Shown in pieces: positions 58,401 through 64,000 of a DNA stretch of 64,000 nt. This stretch comes from Macrostomum lignano. Its lineage: Eukaryota. Within the stretch, counting starts at the first letter, position 1. The number at the start of each line of letters is the position of its first letter. The DNA is taken from positions 1 to 64,000 of the forward strand of contig NIVC01001890.1 of assembly GCA_002269645.1 (NCBI GenBank). The letters are read 5' to 3'. The notes below the pieces were generated by a model. That model ran no database searches, was not told the origin of the DNA, and saw nothing but the letters and a program-made list of their open reading frames with translations. Made by a program: the position numbers and the translations under genes.

Positions 58401-61400
58401 GATAACAGTGAGTGTCAGTTAGCGATAACAGTGAGTGTCAGTTAGCGATAACAGTGAGTGTCAGTTAGCGATAACAGTCAGTGTCAGTTAGCGATAATGG
58501 TGAGTGTCAGTTAGCGATAACAGTGAGTGTCAGTTAGCGATAACAGTGAGTGTCAGTTAGCGATAACAGTGAGTGTCAGTTAGCAGTAATTGTGGCAGTT
58601 GACTTCAAAGTCAGCAGTTTTTGAAAAGGTGACGACGCAATTGCTTTTAAAATTAGAGTAATAGTTACTCCCGCTGTTTACCCGATTTATCAATCATATC
58701 TGATTATCTGCTTTGACAGGCAAAGCAAGTCGGACGAAGACGCGGGCAGGCCAGCCCAAGGCGTCACTCATTCCACCATCAAGGCCTCGGACAGTCCATC
58801 CTGGAGGAGATGATCAACGTTGTTATGGACGCCAATCGAGCGCCAGACGAAGTTATTGTGATAAAGATTGGTGACAAAGACACGCGGGAGCTCATTCACG
58901 AATTCCGCATCCCGGTTGGCAGTCTGCAGCCGTTTCACAATTATCACGTCAATATGCACAAGGTTTGTCGTGGCCAGGGGTTTGTCTGCATGAAGTGCCC
59001 GGGTCAGTACATTGATGTCCAGTTCAATATAGAGGTGTCCGATACAGTGCCTCTCCATCTCTCCTTCTCCACCCCCTCTCCATCTCTTCCTCTCCATCTC
59101 ACCCTCTCCATCTCACCCTCTCCATCTCCCTCTCCATCTCTCCTTCTCCACCCCCTCTCCATCTCTTCCTCTCCATCTCACCCTCTCCATCTCACCCTCT
59201 CCATCTCCCTCTCCATCTCTCCTTCTCCACCCCCTCTCCATCTCACCCTCTCCATCTCTCCTTCTCCACCCCCTCTCCATCTCTCCTTCTCCACCCCCTC
59301 TCCATCTCCCTCTCCATCTCCCTCTCTATCTCTCCCTCTCCCTCTCTCCTTTTCCACCCCTTCTCCATCTCTCCTTCTCCATCCCCTCTCCATCTCTCCT
59401 TCTCCACCCCCTCTCCATCTCTCCTTCTCCACCCCTCTCCATCTCTCCTTCTCCACCCCCTCTCCATCTCTCCTTCTCCATCCCCTCTCCATCTCTCCTT
59501 CTCCACCCCTCTCCATCTCTCCTTCTCCACCCCCTCTCCATCTCTCCTTCTCCACCCCTCTCCATCTCTTCCTCTCCATCTCACCCTCTCCATCTCACCC
59601 TCTCCATCTCACCCTCTCCATCTCCCTCTCCATCTCTCCTTCTCCACCCCCTCTCCATCTCTCCTTCTCCACCCCCTCTCCATCTCTTCCTCTCCATCTC
59701 ACCCTCTCCATCTCCCTCTCCATCTCCCTCTCTATCTCTCCCTCTCCATCTCTCCTTCTCCACCCCCTCTCCATCTCCCTCTCCATCTCTTCCTCTCCAT
59801 CTCACCCTCTCCATCTCCCTCTCCATCTCCCTCTCTATCTCTCCCTCTCCATCTCTCCGTCTCCAACTCTCCTTCTCCAACCCCTCTCCATCTCTTCTCT
59901 CCTTCTCCACCCCCTCTCCATCTCTTCCTCTCCATCTCACCCTCTCCATCTCACCCTCTCCATCTCCCTCTCCATCTCCCTCTCTATCTCTCCCTCTCCA
60001 TCTCTCCGTCTCCAACTCTCCTTCTCCAACCCCTCTCCATCTCTTCCTCTCCATCTCACCCTCTCCACCCCCTCTCCATCTCTCCTTCTCCACCCCCTCT
60101 CCATCTCCCTCTCCATCTCTTCCTCTCCATCTCACCCTCTCCATCTCCCTCTCTATCTCTCCCTCTCCATCTCTCCGTCTCCAACTCTCCTTCTCCAACC
60201 CCTCTCCATCTCTTCCTCTCCATCTCACCCTCTCCACCCCCTCTCCATCTCTCCTTCTCCACCCCCTCTCCATCTCCCTCTCCATCTCTTCCTCTCCATC
60301 TCACCCTCTCCATCTCCCTCTCCATCTCCCTCTCTATCTCTCCCTCTCCATCTCTCCGTCTCCAACTCTCCTTCTCCAACCCCTCTCCATCTCTTCCTCT
60401 CCATCTCACCCTCTCCACCCCCTCTCCATCTCTCCTTCTCCACCCCCTCTCCATCTCTCCTTCTCCACCCCCTCTCCATCTCCCTCTCCATCTCTTCCTC
60501 TCCATCTCACCCTCTCCATCTCCCTCTCCATCTCTTCCTCTCCATCTCACCCTCTCCATCTCCCTCTCTATCTCTCCCTCTCCATCTCTCCGTCTCCAAC
60601 TCTCCTTCTCCAACCCCTCTCCATCTCTTCCTCTCCATCTCACCCTCTCCACCCCCTCTCCATCTCTCCTTCTCCACCCCCTCTCCATCTCCCTCTCCAT
60701 CTCTTCCTCTCCATCTCACCCTCTCCATCTCCCTCTCCATCTCCCTCTCTATCTCTCCCTCTCCATCTCTCCGTCTCCAACTCTCCTTCTCCAACCCCTC
60801 TCCATCTCTTCCTCTCCATCTCACCCTCTCCACCCCCTCTCCATCTCTCCTTCTCCACCCCCTCTCCATCTCTCCTTCTCCACCCCCTCTCCATCTCTCC
60901 TTCTCCATCCCCTCTCCATCTCTCCTTCTCCACCCCCTCTCCATCTCTCCTTCTCCACCCCCTCTCCATCTCTCCTTCTCCACCCCTCTCCATCTCACCC
61001 TCTCCATCTCACCCTCTCCATCTCACCCTCTCCATCTCACCCTCTCCATCTCCATCTCCATCTCTCCTCTATCCTTCTCCTTCTCCACCCCCTCTCCATC
61101 TCACCCTCTCCATCTCACCCTCTCCATCTCCCTCTCCATCTCTCCTTCTCCACCCCCTCTCCATCTCTCCTTCTCCACCCCCTCTCCATCTCTTCCTCTC
61201 CATCTCACCCTCTCCATCTCCCTCTCCATCTCCCTCTCTATCTCTCCCTCTCCATCTCTCCTTCTCCACCCCCTCTCCATCTCCCTCTCCATTTCTTCCT
61301 CTCCATCTCACCCTCTCCATCTCCCTCTCCATCTCCCTCTCTATCTCTCCCTCTCCATCTCTCCGTCTCCAACTCTCCTTCTCCAACCCCTCTCCATCTC

Positions 61401-61896
61401 TTCCTCTCCATCTCACCCTCTCCATCTCCCTCTCCATCTCCGTCTCCATCTCCCTCTCGATCTCTCCCTCTCCATTAACCGTATTTGTATTTATAGTACA
61501 TAATTTGTAGTATATGGAAATGTGGACGAAAATCCATATATTCAAAACATTTTCTGTTTCTTACAGTTCAACGGAGAGCAGGGTCGCTTCTTTGCTACAT
61601 TAATTCGCAAGCAATCCAAGTTGCCCAGCGACTCCGGCATCGGCATCAACTACAAAGCTTTGGAGGCGTGTCTGGTTGCCGTGCGGCACCCGTTGCAGAA
61701 TCCTGCCGGAGCCCTCATCGCTGTTGCCAAGGTGGTCTCGGATTATTACAATTTCGTTAACAGACTGCTGGCGTTTAGGAATTCCGGCCTGGAGCTGACG
61801 ACCGCCCAGTTTCCCAATCCGCATCCGACCACCTTCTTTGTTAGCGACCGCTGGACCGGACAGGGACAGTCCCAGGTAACGGCCTGTCTGTCTGCC

Positions 61897-61961
<65 letters not shown>

Positions 61962-61962
61962 T

Positions 61963-62021
<59 letters not shown>

Positions 62022-62062
62022 GACTGTCTGTCTGTCTGTCTGTCTGTCTGACTGTCTGTCTT

Positions 62063-62097
<35 letters not shown>

Positions 62098-62144
62098 GAC
62101 TGTCTGTCTGTCTGTCTGTCTGTCTGTGTGTCTGTCTGTCTGTG

Positions 62145-62188
<44 letters not shown>

Positions 62189-63507
62189 CGTGTCTGTCTT
62201 TCTGTCTGTCTGTCTGTCTGTCCGTGTCTGTCTTTCTGTCTGTCTGTCTGACTGTCTGTCTGTCTGACTGTCTGTCTGTCTGTCTGTCTGACTGTCTGTC
62301 TGTCTGTCTGTCTGTATACCATTTCGTCCCACTCATTCTATGTTTTATTACAACGGATATACAGCTACCTGTGGTACTTTCCTCATCCTCGCATTCCCCA
62401 ATCCAGGTGACCCTGCCCGGCAAGCCGGTGGTGCAGCCCCGGTGGCACCACCCGTTCCTGTTCTGCGACCAGCGCGAACTGGCCACCCTGTTCACCGTGG
62501 GCGCCGCCCTAGTCATAGAATTCTACGATTTTAACAATCAGGCGGTGAACGAAGTTGAATGGCGATCAACTAAACCGGTGGGCTACTCCGCCCTGGTGCT
62601 CGACAATAAAGCCTATAGGGAGCTCACGGGAGTCAGCGGTCGCAAAGGCCTGCTTGTTGAGCTGCCTGTTCAGGTGAGGAAGAGTAAACAATCTAGAAAG
62701 TATAGTAGTTTTTTAGTATAACGTTTCATAAACCTGATTTTTTAAAATATATTCAAATCGACGCCAAAAATTGGACGTTTATGTATTAGTTAAACTAATT
62801 ATTATTCTCAATTTTCAATTGATTTTTTGAAAACAGCATGTAACGTTTTATGAACCCGATGGAAAAAAAACATTTGAACTGGCGCTAAAAATTGGACGTT
62901 AATGTAATTAGACAGCATAGTTAAACAAATTATTAATTTTAATTTAATATAGTTTCTTCAAAAACAGGCTATAACGTTTTATGAGATAGCCCGATTTCAT
63001 ATAATTGATTTTTTAAATATATTCTAATCGGCGCCAAAAACTAGACATTAAAAGCATAGTTAAACAAAATGGTCATTTTATTTTAGATAGACTTTTTAAA
63101 AATACGTTTTAAAAATAAAAGTAAAACTTTTTTGTTTAAATACGCTTGTATTTGTTGATGTAAATTTTGGCGCGAATTTAAATATAATTCAACTTTTCCA
63201 GGGCGGCTCACTCCGGTCCAGCACTGGCAAGCTGCCCACGGTAGGTCTGGTGCTTCGCCTTCACGAAGACGCCTCGCCGGAGACTCTCAGTCCAGAGTTT
63301 CTGCGCTCGCCCGACCTGGCAACCAGTCTGCCGCATTTTGAGCCAACTCATCTGGAGGTGCCGACTCAGGACTTTGTCGATCAAGAAGGCGACGGACCGT
63401 ACGAGGCGACTGGTGGAGACGATAAGTCCAGGATCGGGCTGGACTGGGAATGGGATCCGTACAAGGATCTGTCTGTGGCGATGAAGCGAAAGCAGAGAAA
63501 GAAACTG
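55457..63507 (+). CDS. CCDC33: Coiled-coil domain-containing protein 33-like (C2-domain protein); 6 exons seen, continues beyond the window; -1 frameshift at ~58803
   Basis: Exons 55457-56002, 56916-57295, 58720-58962, 61567-61875, 62407-62673, 63202-63507. [20 protein letters not shown] (repaired), [46 protein letters not shown] resemble CCDC33. Confidence 0.8.
56064..56680 (+). mobile_element. tRNA-derived SINE with CORE-like central domain, interrupted by a MITE, in CCDC33 intron 1
   Basis: A box TAGTCTAATGG, B box GGTTCGATTC, then GTGTCCTTGAGCAAGACACTTAAC...CACCCAGTTGTAAAATGAG|TACCAGC, ending in an ATT-rich tail at ~56670-56680. Confidence 0.8.
56209..56509. mobile_element. 301-bp Mutator (MULE)-like MITE
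   Basis: 9-bp TSD TAAAATGAG at 56200-56208 and 56510-56518; ~38-bp TIR GGGAGGCTTCATAAGACTGAAATTTCACAACGCCAAAA vs GGGTCGCTTTCACAAGACCGAAATTTCATAACGCCAAAA; internal 41-bp tandem units. Confidence 0.85.
57415..58585. repeat. 23-bp minisatellite GAGTGTCAGTTAGCGATAA(CAGT/TGGT) in CCDC33 intron 2
   Basis: ~50 direct tandem copies. Confidence 0.96.
59050..61470. repeat. 2.4-kb pyrimidine-rich low-complexity satellite (CTCTCCAT-based) in CCDC33 intron 3
   Basis: Almost entirely C/T with sparse A; higher-order blocks marked by CCGTCTCCAAC recur. The 897-aa ORF is an artefact. Confidence 0.96.
61885..62315. repeat. (TCTG)n microsatellite in CCDC33 intron 4
   Basis: Direct reading. Confidence 0.97.
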
Positions 63508-63574
63508 GTGAGACTGTTGTTGACGGAGAGTCAACTTTTTCTTTTTGCACTACCTCCTGAATCTTGTCCTGAAT

Positions 63575-64000
63575 CTTCCTTGACTCCTCCCTGAATCTTG
63601 TTCTGAATCTTGTTCTCAATCTTCCCTGACTGTTCCCTGAATCTTATCTGAATCTACTCTGTATCTCGTTCTGAATTTTGTTCTGAATCTTCCCTGAATC
63701 TTCCCTGAATCTTATCTGAATCTTCCCTGAATCTTTCCTGAATCTTCCCTGAATCTTCCCTGAATCTTTCCTGAATCTTCCCTGAATCTTCCCTGAATCT
63801 TCCCTGAATCTTCCCTGAACCTTTCCTGAATCTTTCCTGAATCTTCCCTGAATCTTCCCTGAATCTTCCCTGAATCTTCCCTGAATCTTCCCTGAATCTT
63901 CCCTGAATCTTTCCTGAATCTTTCCTAAATCTTCCCTGAATCTTCCCTGAATCTTCCCTGAATATTGTTCTGAATCTTGTTCTAAATGTTCCCTGAATGT
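63575..64000. repeat. 11-bp minisatellite GAATCTTCCCT in CCDC33 intron 6
   Basis: Direct tandem copies running to the window end. Confidence 0.93.

Noticed and set aside
58810-61503. 897-aa ORF
   Set aside because: Only the first ~51 codons are CCDC33 exon 3 (donor at 58963); the rest is read-through into a CT-rich intron.

Overview
Eukaryotic (invertebrate animal) genomic DNA. GC-rich exons sit in very AT-rich spacers, and most introns are filled with minisatellites; this style is reminiscent of Macrostomum-like flatworms, but that is inference only. I reconstructed exon structures by hand from GT-AG sites and frame continuity. Recognisable host genes: HAO1-type glycolate oxidase (-), Ro60/TROVE2 (-), IFT20 (+), PFDN6 (+), a RING-coiled-coil-NHL E3 ligase (+), GOSR2 (-), SRP68 (-) and a 3'-incomplete CCDC33 (+). 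Less ordinary: (1) a ~9 kb hAT element whose ZNF862/KIAA1586-like transposase appears fused to an N-terminal signal peptide plus lamin-tail-like domain; (2) a caspase-fold gene lacking both catalytic residues; (3) two nearby short ORFs sharing an ungapped 55-aa CxxGCHDxC + IER/SERTA-like motif; (4) nested transposons (EnSpm-like in hAT, SINE in hAT MITE, MULE MITE in a CORE-like SINE); (5) the same minisatellite families reused in unrelated introns. Four single-base -1 frameshifts, three of them in homopolymers, look like long-read assembly errors. No true tRNA, rRNA, CRISPR array or Y RNA was found. Most long ORFs in the supplied track are tandem-repeat artefacts.
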